A stretch of DNA of 64,000 nt from Selaginella moellendorffii (lineage: Eukaryota > Plantae > Lycopodiophyta). Below are positions 25,995 through 39,158 of this stretch, piece by piece. Below the pieces are notes generated by a model. It ran no database searches, was not told the DNA's origin, and saw only the letters and a program-made list of their open reading frames with translations. Location: contig NW_003314278.1 of NCBI RefSeq assembly GCF_000143415.4, positions 512,371-576,370 on the forward strand, written 5' to 3'. The number at the start of each line of letters is the position of its first letter. Position 1 is the stretch's first letter. The translations under genes were made by a program, and so were the position numbers.

Positions 25995-28900
25995 AGTGGG
26001 ACATAGTGGTTGGGCCTTTGGGCCTTGACCCAATGGTGGTGTTAGTGAGCACGGCTGTGGATGAAAAGGGACTTGGTGGGGACAAAAGAAGGGACATTGG
26101 GGAATAATGTTTCCTATGTCTTTGGGCATCCTAGGAATGTTAAAGTGTGGTCAAAGGATGACCACGACCGTGGATGAAGAGGGACTTGGTGGGGACAGAA
26201 AAAGGGATATTGGGGAATGGTGTTTCCCATGTCTTTGGGCATCCTAAGGGTGCTAAGGTGTGGTCAAAGGATGACCACTCAAAGACGGATAGCCCAGTCA
26301 TTGAGAGATGAGATTGTGATACAGATGATTCACATCATTCACACATTTCAGAGTAGGGAACTTTAGAACAACCACAAGTTTGTTAGGATCAATTTGCAAA
26401 CCCTCACGAGTGACAAAGGTGAATGGGCATGGCCTTAGCATAGCGGGCTAATATGTTGGAGTGTAAAGGATAACTAGCATAAATGTCATTCACGGGGCTA
26501 ACATGTCCCCAAGTCCTGAATAGGACTTATGGAAGTTGTGAGTGAGACTCCTCTAAATGGTCAAAAGTGTGATTAAATAACTAAAGTAAAATGGAAAAAT
26601 TAGTTATTTACAACTTGGTTTCAAAGTTGTTCTTTAGTTTAACTTTTATTAGCGGTTAAGTATATCACCATTTAATAGTGACATTGGAAGGTCCCAAAAG
26701 TGGGCTATACTTAAGGAGTAACATGTTAGAGGATATAGCTCTCCACTATAATTCATATGTAAATTAGTAGGCAATATAGTAGATAGAAAGGGGCAACAAG
26801 GGAATGACTTTGGGATCTTGGGAATAATAAAAAGTTTTCTTTAGAGAGTTAAGAATGTGATCTATATAAGCATTTGACTTAGCAAACCTTTTAATGTGGT
26901 TGTGGTAAACAACTACAATCGGGATAACAGGAATGATGAAAACTCTTAAACGATAAAGGAGTTATAAAGTTACCCTTATATAATTGAGGATGTTACTCAA
27001 GAATTTGAGACTAGAGTTAGATATTCTAGGAGGTTAAATATGGATGAGGGCACAAGTCCTTGAAATGGTAGCTGAGGCTACTTTAAATAAATGCTAGAAC
27101 AACCCAAGGAGTTGGGGGTATACTTAGAATATAAGTTGGTTTCTCATCAGATGGATAAATAATACTAAGAGGCAAAGGTAACCCACATGGAATAAAGAAT
27201 AATCAAATGTCAGAATAATACTTCTTAAGATGGTCATTATGAGGAGGGCATGAATACAAGAGGTTGTATTCCAATAAATTAGAATATCAAAAATAGCCAT
27301 GAGGTTAGGATTTTACAAGTTATCAGATTAGTAAAGTCCAAAAAGCTGGATGACTCAAGTGAAATTAAGGAATAATCCTAAAAGATTGGTGGAAGCATTT
27401 GGATTAAGGTGTATTGTATCTTACGATGGATGGAGAGGATCATGAGATCCAAGTATAAAAACCATGGGCATCTCATTGATAGTAGAATGTGCCATACTAA
27501 AGTCCTAGAAAGGTGTTCACAAAATAAAACAACTTTTGCAAGAAGTTGTGTGTGAACACTATATTACAATACTAATAAATAGTTGATATAAAAAACGACT
27601 ACTATTATCTTGGCAAAGACTAAGACAAAAGTGGGAAGTGTTATAAAGGTATGTTATAAAGGTAAATTCGTAAAGCCGATGGTGTATAGACACTAAATAT
27701 GTCAAAATGTGATACATTGAGGTCAAGTTAGTGGGTTCATAAAAACCCCTTATCAAAGGAATTACAATGGAAATGGGAATGGCATAGCCTAAACTTAAAA
27801 GTATGCAGTGAGAGTGTGGTGACCCAAATAATGATGGAGGTGTGGAAGTTCTAACAATGAGTTGTAGAACTTGATAATTATGAGGCAACTAAGCAAAAGA
27901 TGCAACATAATTGATTAGATTTTTAAAAATTAACTTCCCAATACTTTTTATGGGGATAAAGAGAGAAGGGAGAAGTCCATCTGTCTAAATTGAACAAAGC
28001 CAAAAAGGAATTTTGGCAAAGCTAGTGAAGGGCATATAAAAGCCCATAGGTAATAACGTTAATTCTAGTGTGGAGGATTACAAAGTGAATATATTCAAAT
28101 TAAGAAACCACTCTCTAGGCTATCAAATATGTTCATCCCTAAGAATATTTGCTAAGGCATGGTAGAAAGTGCAAAATTATCCTCCTAGACTAAAGGAGAA
28201 TAACCAAAGTAAACATGTGAGGCCAAAAGCAAATAAAGGGATGGAATTGAACTATAGCAATTAAAGAGTATAACCGAGAGTGGTTATATAAATTGAGAGT
28301 GGAGAATTAAGTGGGTGCTCAAAAGTGTTGCTACTAACAATCACGATGTCATAAAGAGTCTAAAGTATGGAATTGTCCATGTTAAATTATATGGCAATTA
28401 GAAAGCTTCTGAAAGAAGAAGCCTTAGCAAGCTAAAAGATAAAGTCCTTTCAAGGTTCTTAAGGACAATTCTAAGTAAGTTAATACTTAGAAAGACAAGT
28501 GTAAATGGTTCTTAGGAACACACAAAATTTAAGTGGCATAGCAAAAGCGTGATCTCGAAGCTTGCCAAAAGGTGAGGCTATTATGGTTAGAGAACTAGTT
28601 CCTAAATGTTCAAAGATATGGCTTTGAATGAAAGTCGATGGTTAAGGACTTTTACGATTATGCATGAAACTATGTTATGCTAGTCGGATGACTTACTAAG
28701 CAAAATTGGCAAGTCAAAGAAATAAAGACCCTAATTGAAGGTGTTGACTTCAAAAGGGATGGCCCATGGAGCCAAACATGGAGGAGTCCATGCATGATCA
28801 CAGGCTTATCAAATGAGAAGATTTGGCAGTTCAAAAGAACTAGGTTCATAAACTGTGATTCATAGCATGCTTTAAGTATAAATTAGTGCACCAGCATGGG

Positions 28901-31900
28901 GAGTCATGCTAGGCATCCTAGTTGATACCATCCGTAGATGCATATATAGAGGTTAGGTTCGAGTCCCAACCCTCTAGTGTTTGGGTTCGAGTCCCAACTC
29001 ACTAATGTGTGGTGATGGTTTAGAATATGAGGACACTAATTTTTTAGTGGTTATAAACTTTCAGTAAGAAGACTAACTTGGGCACATTGCTAAGCGGCCC
29101 AGAGTCGTGATGCATGGTTAAATTGCTTAATATGAAAGCTTAACATATTTAGCTTGAACACTTTGGTGCAAGTGGCACCAAAGATGTGGTGAATGAGATG
29201 GGGAAACTCAATCTTAATTGTTATAGATCCTTATCTAGAAGGGCTAGCTTGGGCGCACTGCCAAGTGTAAGGGATGCCCCTATAGTCAACAACTTAAAAG
29301 TCTAGAAGATTTAATTTCTATTTGCAAACTTGTTAAAGTGTCAAGATGAAATCATTAGATGATCTTGTGGCTAAACAAAAACAAGGTTCTTGTTTGGTTA
29401 AAAAATGAAATTCTTAGTTCAAAGTGTTAATTTGAACTATTGGTAAGAGTGTCACTTGGTCACAATGACCAAGTGGAAAGGACATCTAACGGAAATGAGT
29501 GGCGTCAATACAATAGTATGGTGAATCCAAAAAAGTAGTCTTTATGAAAAATTTATGGGAAGGTCACAAAATTGGGTTGTGGATAAAGCCTACAATAAAA
29601 AATGTTAAAGAGACTTACTAGGGGGAACACCCTCTGGACTTCGCAAAGCAAAGTCTTTGCTATAAAACCAAAATTATACTTTAAGGATGGAGGTAGTAAT
29701 CCTATGTTACTTGGTGCAACAATCAAAGGATAAGAACAAAGGACTAATGGCCAAGAAAGGGCTATAGGAATCATTGGAAGGAATCCAAAAAATAAAGTTA
29801 GGCAAGGAATATTAATATACTAGATGCTAATGGATTGTGGGAAAGATAATATATTTTCAAAGATGGATTCCCAAATGTTTAGATTTCATAAAAGTAAAAG
29901 CTCTAAGGGAGGGAGCGGCAAAATAACCAAATGATAGGGCTATGGACAACCTTAGCACAAATTATGATAACTAGAATTTAATGTCGAACGTGGCACAAAA
30001 TAGAAGAGAGGATAATGGTGCCCTCAAGTACAGAACTTCATAAGATGGGGAAATGGAATCTCCAATGCAAGATGTTAGAGACACCTAGAAAATTAACTCG
30101 AAAAGTCTCAAAATGTGCAATGGTTATATCAATAGAAGTTGAAACTACTCAAAAATGAGTAGTGAGATTGAAATAGAGAAAGTGTCTTTAACAGGTTTAA
30201 TAAGAACTAAATCAATAAAGGGAGAGAACCACCACAAGTGGTCGAATGAGTCTTTATGTTCAAGAGACTATGTTCTTTAAAGGATAAGCAAGGCATGGTG
30301 AGCCTTCGGTGTTGAACCATTGATGAATATTGACTTGGTGTTAAGGATGGAAATGGTAATACTTGATAGTGTTACTTTATAAAATGATTTATTATTTGAT
30401 GAGGACATCAAACTTTGTCTATGGGTGGTGGAGTTGTGAGACACAAATCTCTAAGGCCCAAAATAGAGCTGAAAGGGTGCTACATGGTAATGGCCAAAGC
30501 AGAAGCTATGTTTGGACTAAAAGCTCTAACTTCAATAGTCAAGAGTGGGAGTGAAACTCTCAACAAAGTGTTTAAGGAACGAGCACGAAGCAAGCAATAA
30601 GTGAGTCTTTAGAAAAGGGATACAAAAGGACCAACACATGACACGTGGAAGTGTTGAGGTAGAGTCTAAAATATACCCAAAAAGGAGTCCAAGATGGACC
30701 CAAAAAGGAGTCTGAGATGGAGTCCAACATGGACTCAAGATGGAGTCTAAAATGGATCCAAAATAGAGTCCAAAATAGAGTTCGAGAAGGACCCGAGATA
30801 GAGTCTGAGATGGATTCGAGATGGAGTCCAAGATGGAGTCCGAGAAGGGATGGAGTCTAAAATGGATATGAGATGGAGTCTGAGATGGACTTGAGATAGG
30901 GTCTAAGGTCAAGACTGAGATTGAGACCATAACCGAGACCGAGACCGAGGCCAAGACTGAGGCTAAGACCAAGTTCGAAACCAAATCCGAGTCCAAGTTC
31001 GAGTCTGGGGGTGAAAGCCTAAAGCATTCGTCTCCCAAACCCTGAGGGGTTTGGTGAGCTCCAAAAGTATAGTAAGGGGAGGACTCCAGTGGAGCCAATT
31101 TAGCCCAGAAAGGCCAATATGACCAAGGACAGTTATACCCACATGTTGAGTGATGATATAACCACTAAAGAGTCCAAGGCAAAAGTGAATATGGACAAAC
31201 AAGGTAGTTTGGTGAAGTGTTCAAGAACTAACTCTAGCTCCCCCAAAAGATCAAATAGTCGATACTCCCAATCCAAGTGTGGATAGCACTACCTACTTGG
31301 ATACTTGGCATGGCTTATCAAAATCTCACTCTAGCCACATATCTAGGGCATATAAAGGTGGAAGGTGGGGAGAGTACCCACAAGGCTCGTGTAGGGCCAC
31401 GAGGCTTGCGTAAAGCTACGGTGTTTTGAAATATCATCCCAAAATCCTAGACTGTAGAAAAGAAGAAGAATAATCCTCTAATGACCAAGGATACAGTCAC
31501 ATGGTGAGAAAGTCCTAGAGGACAATGGGATTTAGTCAGGCCTTGGGCTTTGACCTAGTGGCAGTGTTGATGAGCACAGGAATGAAGAGGGATTTGGTGG
31601 GGATGGAAGAAGGGACATTACGAAAAGGTATTCCTCACGTCTTTGGGCATCCTAAGGGTGTTAAGGTGTGGTCAAGGGATGACCACTCAAAGATGGATGA
31701 CCCAGTCTTTGAGAGATAAAACTGTGATGCAAGTGGTCTTGGACTACTGATGTGACAAGGCTGAATAGGTAAGGCCATAACAAAATGATATATTGATGGT
31801 ACTTTTGGGTGTTGGTTATGGGATTGAATATATGAAGCACTTGGACCAAATGCAAAAGCTAAATGGCATAAATGCCATCCATGGGGCTAACATATCCCCA

Positions 31901-32015
31901 AGTCCTAAATAAGACTTATGGAAGTTGTGAGTGAGACTCCTTTAAATAGTCAAAGGTGTGGTTAAGTGACTAAAGTAAAATGGAAAAATTAGTCGCTTAT
32001 AGTTTTATTCTCACA

Positions 32016-33118
32016 ATAACACCATTTGAATTCAACAAAGTTGTTCATAGTGGTTTGACTAGACCTCAGATGAGTGTCCAAAGTTTGAAAAAATAGATTT
32101 CGAGAGAGGGGTAGATAAATATGACTTAGAGGTAGGTAAAGGACATAGGGGAAATGTTAGCAAAGGTAACAACAAAGGGGAATAGAAAGGTATTGAGGAA
32201 GAAGGGAATTGATATTTTGGAAGGCTCAGAGACCACACAAAAAAAAAGAGTGATATCAAAAAATATCAACACAAAGTGGGAAGCAATGAAGGAGTTCCTT
32301 GAGATGATAAGGACTAAATTTATGAAAAACAACCTCTGAAACTATGGAGCACACATTGTACTATGTGTGCTACCTCATAATGAGAAAGAAAATATAGAGG
32401 GCAAAAGTGCATATATGACCTCATCAACCACTCAGTAGCTATGGCAGAAAAGATAGTGGATGATGACAGATGGATTGCAATATTTTATGTAGAGAACTGG
32501 CTGCCAACAATTTACAAAGAGTGTCACTGGCGGTATATGAAAATCCATTGATCATACACAATTCTGAATGACTTTCCATTTAGCTACACAATTGATGGAC
32601 TTGGCAAAACAAAGGTTTGCACAATCATAAGTTCTCTCAATATTAACAAAAATCATTGCAAAAATCAACAATGAAAATGTCTTTGGCAAGACCAAAGGCC
32701 TCACCTCCAAGATTCACTACAATGAATCTTGGGACCTCAATGACGACTACTTTGAATTTATTGAGGAAAATATAAAGCCACTTTACGACAATAACACCAA
32801 CATGGTCAGAAGGTTAGAGATAAATCCAAACTTCCTTGACTTTCTCATGCATTGCACAACACCTAAAAAAGAGATTGTTTTAGACATTTTTAGTGGCATA
32901 AGAGAGCCCTTCTTGCAGCTGCCAACAATGGCCATTATGTACTATCATTGGAACAAGATCAGGAAATTGTAGACTATATTAAAAAAAATATATGGCTAGA
33001 AGATAAAGAAACTCCAATGCCACAACTAAAGGGGAAGAAAGTGATAAAGGCACAACAGAAGGAACAATTTTTCAACCTCAAATTGGTAGAGGAAAATCCA
33101 TTAGAGGACTCTGTTTAA
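32016..33118 (+). pseudogene. degenerate N4C/N6A (amino) DNA methyltransferase-like domain, beta-class motif order
   Basis: GAHIVLCVLPHN (~32346-32381, motif IV position), MAEKIVDDDRWIAIFY (~32441-32490), then RRLEINPNFLDFLMHCTTPKKEIVLDIFSGI[frameshift]RALLAAANNGHYVLSLEQDQEIVDYI (~32808-32980). The last block matches the motif X-I-II SAM-binding consensus P..L...I...T....VLD.F.G.G....AA...G.....E.D. Stop at 33116-33118. Confidence 0.75.
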
Positions 33119-33467
33119 AATAACATATGTATGTCTTTTGACTAATATAAAGTAATAAATTTCTAAATACTATAAAGCAAACATTATGAAGTACTTATAT
33201 TAAATGAAAGCAAACCCACACTATAGAATGAAACTTGAAAGCTAACCCACACTATACATATAAAAATCCACTCTTATATTACATTAATTCTTCATCTTCA
33301 TCTTCTTCCGCATCATCTTCATAATAGTAGTCACCTCAAAATTATATATGTTGGAAGACAATCACACTCTACACATTCAGTACCAAAAACGTTCATCACG
33401 TAACGAGATGGCCTTGCCTTGTTGAAAAATTACTTATTCTTGGGAGACAAGATTTTGGCATCAAAAA

Positions 33468-33543
33468 ACAAAGGCTTTGGAGACAAAGTCTTTGGAGACA
33501 AAGGCTTTGGAGACAGATGATTTGGAGACAGATGATTTGGAGG
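33468..33543. repeat. 15-bp tandem repeat (~5 copies of AAAGGCTTTGGAGAC-like unit)
   Basis: Directly visible. Confidence 0.85.
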
Positions 33544-34023
33544 TGCACATAAAGAAGTATTTTTTTAAATTGAAGAATTTGGGGGTGGCAAATCCCATCC
33601 ATGTGAAGAAGGTTGGAGTGGCCATGGTAAAGAGGAAGGGACCACTCTAGAAATGGCAGGGCTGACCAATCCAGAATGTATGCTGATAAAGAAGAAGACC
33701 TAAGCTCCAGCAAAGAAGGAGCTATAACTAGAACAAATAAACCTTGAACACTAAAAATGTGTTATGTAAAGTTGTGAGTCATCCTTAAATAGTAAAGAAT
33801 CATTGGAAAACAAAATCAAATCCACCAAGATAACCAAACAAAGGCATTTATAGCCTAAACCTATATATGTAACATCCAAAACACTAGTTGTCAATGGTAC
33901 ATAAGACAGTCAAAGTTTAAATAAATTTAATATTTATAGAGTAATATGCTTTTAATGTTACTAAATTCTAAAATATGCATTATATTTATCATCACATATT
34001 TCAAATAAATTCTAATATTAAAT

Positions 34024-34081
34024 GTATATTCAGTCGTGTGGTGATGTGCCGGACTGCGGGCACAAAAAACCGTTAAAAGGG
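34024..34081. repeat. putative transposon terminus (TIR-like), copy 2
   Basis: Matches 1354-1400 and coincides with the switch from AT-rich decayed TE DNA to GC-richer genic DNA. Confidence 0.5.
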
Positions 34082-36100
34082 AAATCCTCCTTGGTGTTCA
34101 TTTGGGGTTCCTTGCAAGCTGCAATTCTTGCTGTGCCTCACAGGTATCCCCAAGGTGGCAGCCATGACTTATAAATGCGGAAAGCTCTTGCGAGACATGA
34201 GCACTTTGTCTTGGCAGCTCTATAAGGCCAAACAATTAGCATAAGGTTTGCATTTTTTCCATGAAGTTTGTGACTAACCGCCATTCTCTCCTGCAGTTGT
34301 TCGAGCTACTGTCAATGCCAGACATCCCAAGCTAGTTTCCTGTAGCAACTCATTCATCAGGTGAGACAATTACTTATAGAGAACTCATTTTGCGTGTTGC
34401 ACTGTGGATCTCTCACTGCCGATGGTGGAATTTACAACGAGCTCATGAGAGCACGAGAGCCTAAGTTGCTGTGAGAAGCACGATGCATTGAAGGTAAGCA
34501 AATCTACATTCTTCTCACTCCTTGCTCCAATATTTGCTTCCAGATTTGCATCAAGAGTGCTTCGTCCGTTGAACCAGCTGAAAAGATCTAGACCGTGCAT
34601 TAAAAAACACTGAACAATCTGAGTATAAAATCTGGGCTGTTGTATTAATTAAATCGAAGCCATCGATCTAAAATGACCTCAACCGTCCCATATTTAACTG
34701 GCAATTAACTGATCATGTGTCATAGGTAACTAGGTGGTCTATGCATCCTCTTCATTGTCTTCACCATCTCCATTATCTATATTATCATCATGAACGTAAA
34801 GGCTTTCAACTCGCAAGAATCAGAAGGGAGCCATCTTTTGTCACCGTGTACACCTCCTTTTTGCTTGTATCACAAGTTAGTCCAATACCATCCCGTGTGA
34901 AGATACTAGACAGACTTGAAAGGGGAGCAGGATTCTCATTGATATGAGTCTTGTCATATGAGGGCTCAACTGAAGGGCCCTGAGGAGTGGACCCCTAGTG
35001 CAGGGAATCCACTGCCTATGGAGGTTGTACCGTCAGCCTCTGTTTCTTAACACTCTTTTTCAAGAGGCTGGGCAAACGCTGGGCAAACGCTGGGCCGCAA
35101 GAATTGCATCACCATCTGGAGACACCTTCATGCTGGCAGGATAAGCATCCGGTGGCACTGGTCGACCTGGACAGAGACATCTACACAGGGACAGGGCAAC
35201 GCGCGAAGTTCTCGGGAATCGCCTCATGGCGAGAAAGATATCATTCCTCTTGGGAATCTCCTCATGGCCCAGGGGGTTTTGTGCACGCCAAAGAAGAGTG
35301 CAGCGGCTCTCCAAGTAGGTTGCAGCTTGATCCTTGATGTACTTGGGCATCCACAGGACATGGAATCCGCTTGAGTGACACTCATATCCATGGCGGTCAC
35401 AACCATAGCCACTTCCATACCCGATGGTGCAAGTATGGCGCCACTTCATCATGGCATTATTGGCTATGGTTGTGCATGTGCCCAGGGCACAGTCATAGCC
35501 AATCATCACACACGGCCAGTTCCAGGCTTGATCAACGAAAGGTATGGACATCAGAAAGTTTCTGAATGTTACTTTGATCTTTCAACACAGTTTGTAGAAG
35601 TAACAGATTGCCTAGAAGGGTCCTTTGGTTAGTCATTCCAGCATGGTCCAGTATTTTATTTTTGCCCATGCTCTTATTTTGATATTTACAGCTCGAGCTC
35701 TCTATCTCTCAAGCACAGGACTTTTGATACAAACCAAAACCTTGTTTTTCTTTGTCTAGGGTCTCTCTGAGTGCCATGCAAAGGCGAGCAGGCCATGGCT
35801 ATGTATAACAACGCTCTCTAAGTAGCTCTCAAAGGCATGCTCTAGCGGCAGCAAAGCTTTCTCGGTTGGCAGTGCTGTGGTTGGGGCCGTATAGTTTCTT
35901 GGCCTCATCCACGAAGAGGAAGCGCAAAGACAGGGCTGCATACTTCCAGGCCTTGTCCTACAGATTTGTAAGTCCTCTCTTTTTCATACTCTTACAAAGA
36001 TTCAACAGCTTAAACTCCTGCCAAGCACCTCTAGTCTAGTATATCTCTATAAGCAGCCCAGCACATTGATCATGTGCTTCCTCGTCCACAATCCATGCTC

Positions 36101-36415
36101 ACAAGCCCTTGTGCAATGAACCCTGCTAAACTGTGAGAAGGAAGTCTAGCTGGAATCAATAGCAATAGCTAGGAGCATGACAAAGAGTGTAGAGATCCAT
36201 TGTGATATATAATTAAAAAAATTTATTTTATTTTAGTATAAACTAAGCTGTAGTGTAGAAACATATTTTGTGCATTTTAACTTCTATAAGATAGAAATCT
36301 TATAGTAAACATGTAAATCCATATGTCCAAATGGACAAGCCCTTGTGCAATGAACCCTGCTAGACTGTGAGAAGGAAGTCTAGCTGGAATCAATAGCAAT
36401 AGCTAGGAGCGTGAC
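36101..36415. repeat. 81-bp direct repeat (36101-36181 and 36335-36415)
   Basis: ACAAGCCCTTGTGCAATGAACCCTGCT...GCTAGGAGC(A/G)TGAC, two mismatches. Confidence 0.9.
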
Positions 36416-37647
36416 TGATTGTAGACTGATTGTAGAACTGAACAGCTAATGAAGCCTTTTCACAGTGACACTTACTCTTAAAATTAAAGGTGAAATTTAA
36501 GGAAATTTTGCTTCACATAAACCTTTAGGCTAAGTAACAATACTTAAGGGCACTCACCATTAACTTAGAATTTTTACATTAGAAGATTTTAACTTAATTT
36601 AAAATTTTAATGTTATTCTTTTCACATCAATATTGCAGGATTTAGCCATGGTGGCCATTGGCACTGCAAGAATAAAGATCTCTATGGAAGAGGAAGGATT
36701 CCATAAGCAAGAAATCATGAAAATTTCCAGGAATTGAGAGTTTTACTTGTGTGAGAAGGGGAAGTTTCCATGGATGGGCCACAATCCCTTGCGAGCATAA
36801 CAATCTGCTGGGCAGATCTGCCCCATGGTCCCCAGCAACAGCACCACTTGTCTGTGAGCACATCGGTGTGTTGGTGATGGGAGAAATGCATAATACAATA
36901 CCCCCTCTCTTATGTGGCTGCTCCATGCACTTTTTGTCTAACCTCATGCTGAATAACGACATGATCTCCACCTGTAACAGTGTCACTGCTACCGATGCCT
37001 TGAACTTGTGATTGACGACCAGCTTGAATCTGGCCCGAGTGCTGCAGCAGCATCACAAGTTTGCATTTTTTTCATAAATCCTAATGCTACACCTTAGGAT
37101 TAAATTATTCCATGAATATTATATAGGGCATTCAAAAAATGCTAATTGTAACATTAGCTTACTTTAATATTAATTTCTGGTGTGAACAAGTTACTATTAA
37201 ATTTAACAATTAAATCAGAGTTTACAAAATCTAATATAATAGTGTTTGGGGTGAATGAATTACCATTAAATTTACTAATTTAAAAGCCCCCTTACCTTTT
37301 AATTTATCTTTTTTTTTTAAGGAGGACTTAATTCGCACATATTTCCCTTATCCTTACCATTAATCTTAAAATTTATGAAATTACATAAAAAGTTAAGTGA
37401 ACTCTCTAAGGTCACTTAAAGCCCTTTTGCACCAACCTTTATCCTTAAATTTATGAAGTATTGGACCTTAAGTGTTTTAGTGAATTTATATTTGCGCACA
37501 TGCATTAAGAAAATACTTAGATAATTAAGTTAAGTATAATTTTATTTGCACAAACCATTTCATTAAGGCAAGGGTTGATGTCAAAGGTGATTAATTTTTA
37601 ATCTTTAATTTTTATGTATATTTCTTCTATACTTAAATATTAACAAA

Positions 37648-37895
37648 CCCAGTCTTCTCTGCAAACTTGGCTGCAATAGTTGTCCAGCGAGCTGGAGCTG
37701 GTTGACACTTCTCACAACTCTCAGCTCTGCCTTGTAAGATATTCTTCCCTCTTAAGATCAATTAGAGCATGAGTCTCAGCTGAAGTTTAGTTGTGTTCTC
37801 GATTCTGCCTTGACATTGGATCATCTTCAAGTAGCTCCACATCTGCTATTTCCTCAGCTGTTGCTTCTTCAATTGCTAATCCCTCAACACTCATC
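37648..37895 (-). pseudogene. degenerate Myb/SANT trihelix-like domain (possibly PIF/Harbinger-derived)
   Basis: REHN*TSAETHALIDLKREE...ARWTTIAAKFAEKTG fits the W T..ET..LI ... W..IA trihelix pattern; has stops and a frameshift. Confidence 0.5.
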
Positions 37896-38659
37896 TCTAA
37901 TCTCCCCAACTTGATGAAAATTATATAGATGCATTCTAGGAATACCTGGATTGGAGCTGAGGTCTTATGTGCTTTAGGCATCCTTGGGTGTGTGTGAATA
38001 TGAGTGTGGAAGGACGTGAAGGTGGCAACCGTTGTCGGCAAAGAAGCCAAGCATCGAGTTCCAGGAGATGACATGCTGTGTGGCATGGTAGGCTAGTTAT
38101 TTGCTGTAGGAATATGCTATAACACATTAGAGCCGGGAACATGGTGGTGGATGAGGAGTCTCTTCCCCAATATGTTACAACATATTGTCCTAGCACTTGA
38201 AGATGAAGATGGAGAGAAGCTTACCTCTCCATCTTATGGAAATTTATCTTTCTTTATCGCTCTCTTTTGTTTTCTTGGATGGAACACTGATGAGAAAGAA
38301 GGTTGAGGCTCATAGACTCCCAGCACAGCGATTCACAGTGGCATGGAGGTGGTGATCATCACAGATCTGCTCCAAGGGGGCTAGGAGAGTGCAGGAATAT
38401 CCGTCGAATATTTGGTGTAAGGGTTTCGAATCGGCACCATTGATCAACAGCCATCCCAGCCGTCTGAAAAAACGTTGGGTAGGAGACTTTGATGGTGTGG
38501 CTGCCATGTAGGATACAAGCAAGTGCGTGAAATGCTTCTTCCTTTCGAAGCTTCTTCTTTTGAAGAACTAAGGCTAGCTAGGGTACAATGAAGAGAGGTC
38601 AGAGCGGTTCATCAAGCACGGAAGACAGCCATGGCGCTGCAGGCACCATACGGCGAGAG

Positions 38660-38785
38660 AGATCAGTGTGCAAGCCTGAGCAGACGATCTGCACGTGCAA
38701 TGGCCGTCTGCCCTCCAGATCCCTGCCCGGGATGCATCGCCTCAGCAGCGCGATGTAGCGATCGCTCATCCTCCCGCGCATTTCC
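38660..38785 (-). pseudogene. 5' fragment of a PLS-class PPR gene
   Basis: YIALLRRCIPGRDLEGRRPLHVQIVCSGLHTD resembles the N-terminus of the intact PPR at 44522-46210. Confidence 0.6.
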
Positions 38786-39158
38786 AACTGTCGTGCCCTA
38801 ATTTGGTTTTGATCTACGTCAGCCCTAATTCTGATGAAGAAATAAAAATACAAAATGAAAAAAATCGAGATTACTCGCGAGATCCACTTGTGAATGGGAA
38901 GGCTTTTAGCAGTGGTCGCCTGACGTCTGCTCAAGAGCAAATCAATGAACTCCAAGAAGTCCTTGCTCGTGAGTGTGGTAAGGATTAGTAGTAATGCTAG
39001 TGCTTTTTAGGGGGGGTAGGGCTGGAATAATTTAAAGATTACCTCACAAATTGGGATTTTTATAAGATCCCACTTTGTGGGAGTAGTTTTCCCTGTGGAA
39101 GATGAACCAACAGCTTCTTTATAGTGCCATACTTGTTCAAACAAAGAGTGGTCTACTT

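Larger units (their letters stand above)
23487..32015 (+). mobile_element. old, highly degenerate LTR retrotransposon (family A) with long LTRs
   Basis: Direct repeats 23487-~26612 (interrupted by a solo LTR) and 30435-32015 (TGTGAGA...TCTCACA). Decayed Met PBS TGGTTTCAAAG after the first LTR and purine-rich GGGTGGTGGAG before the second. No intact internal ORF; flanks GTTTC/ATAAC do not form a TSD. Confidence 0.75.

Noticed and set aside
35060-35950. GC-rich ORF-like segments as an identifiable gene
   Set aside because: No recognisable motif in any frame; only short local duplications. Left unannotated.
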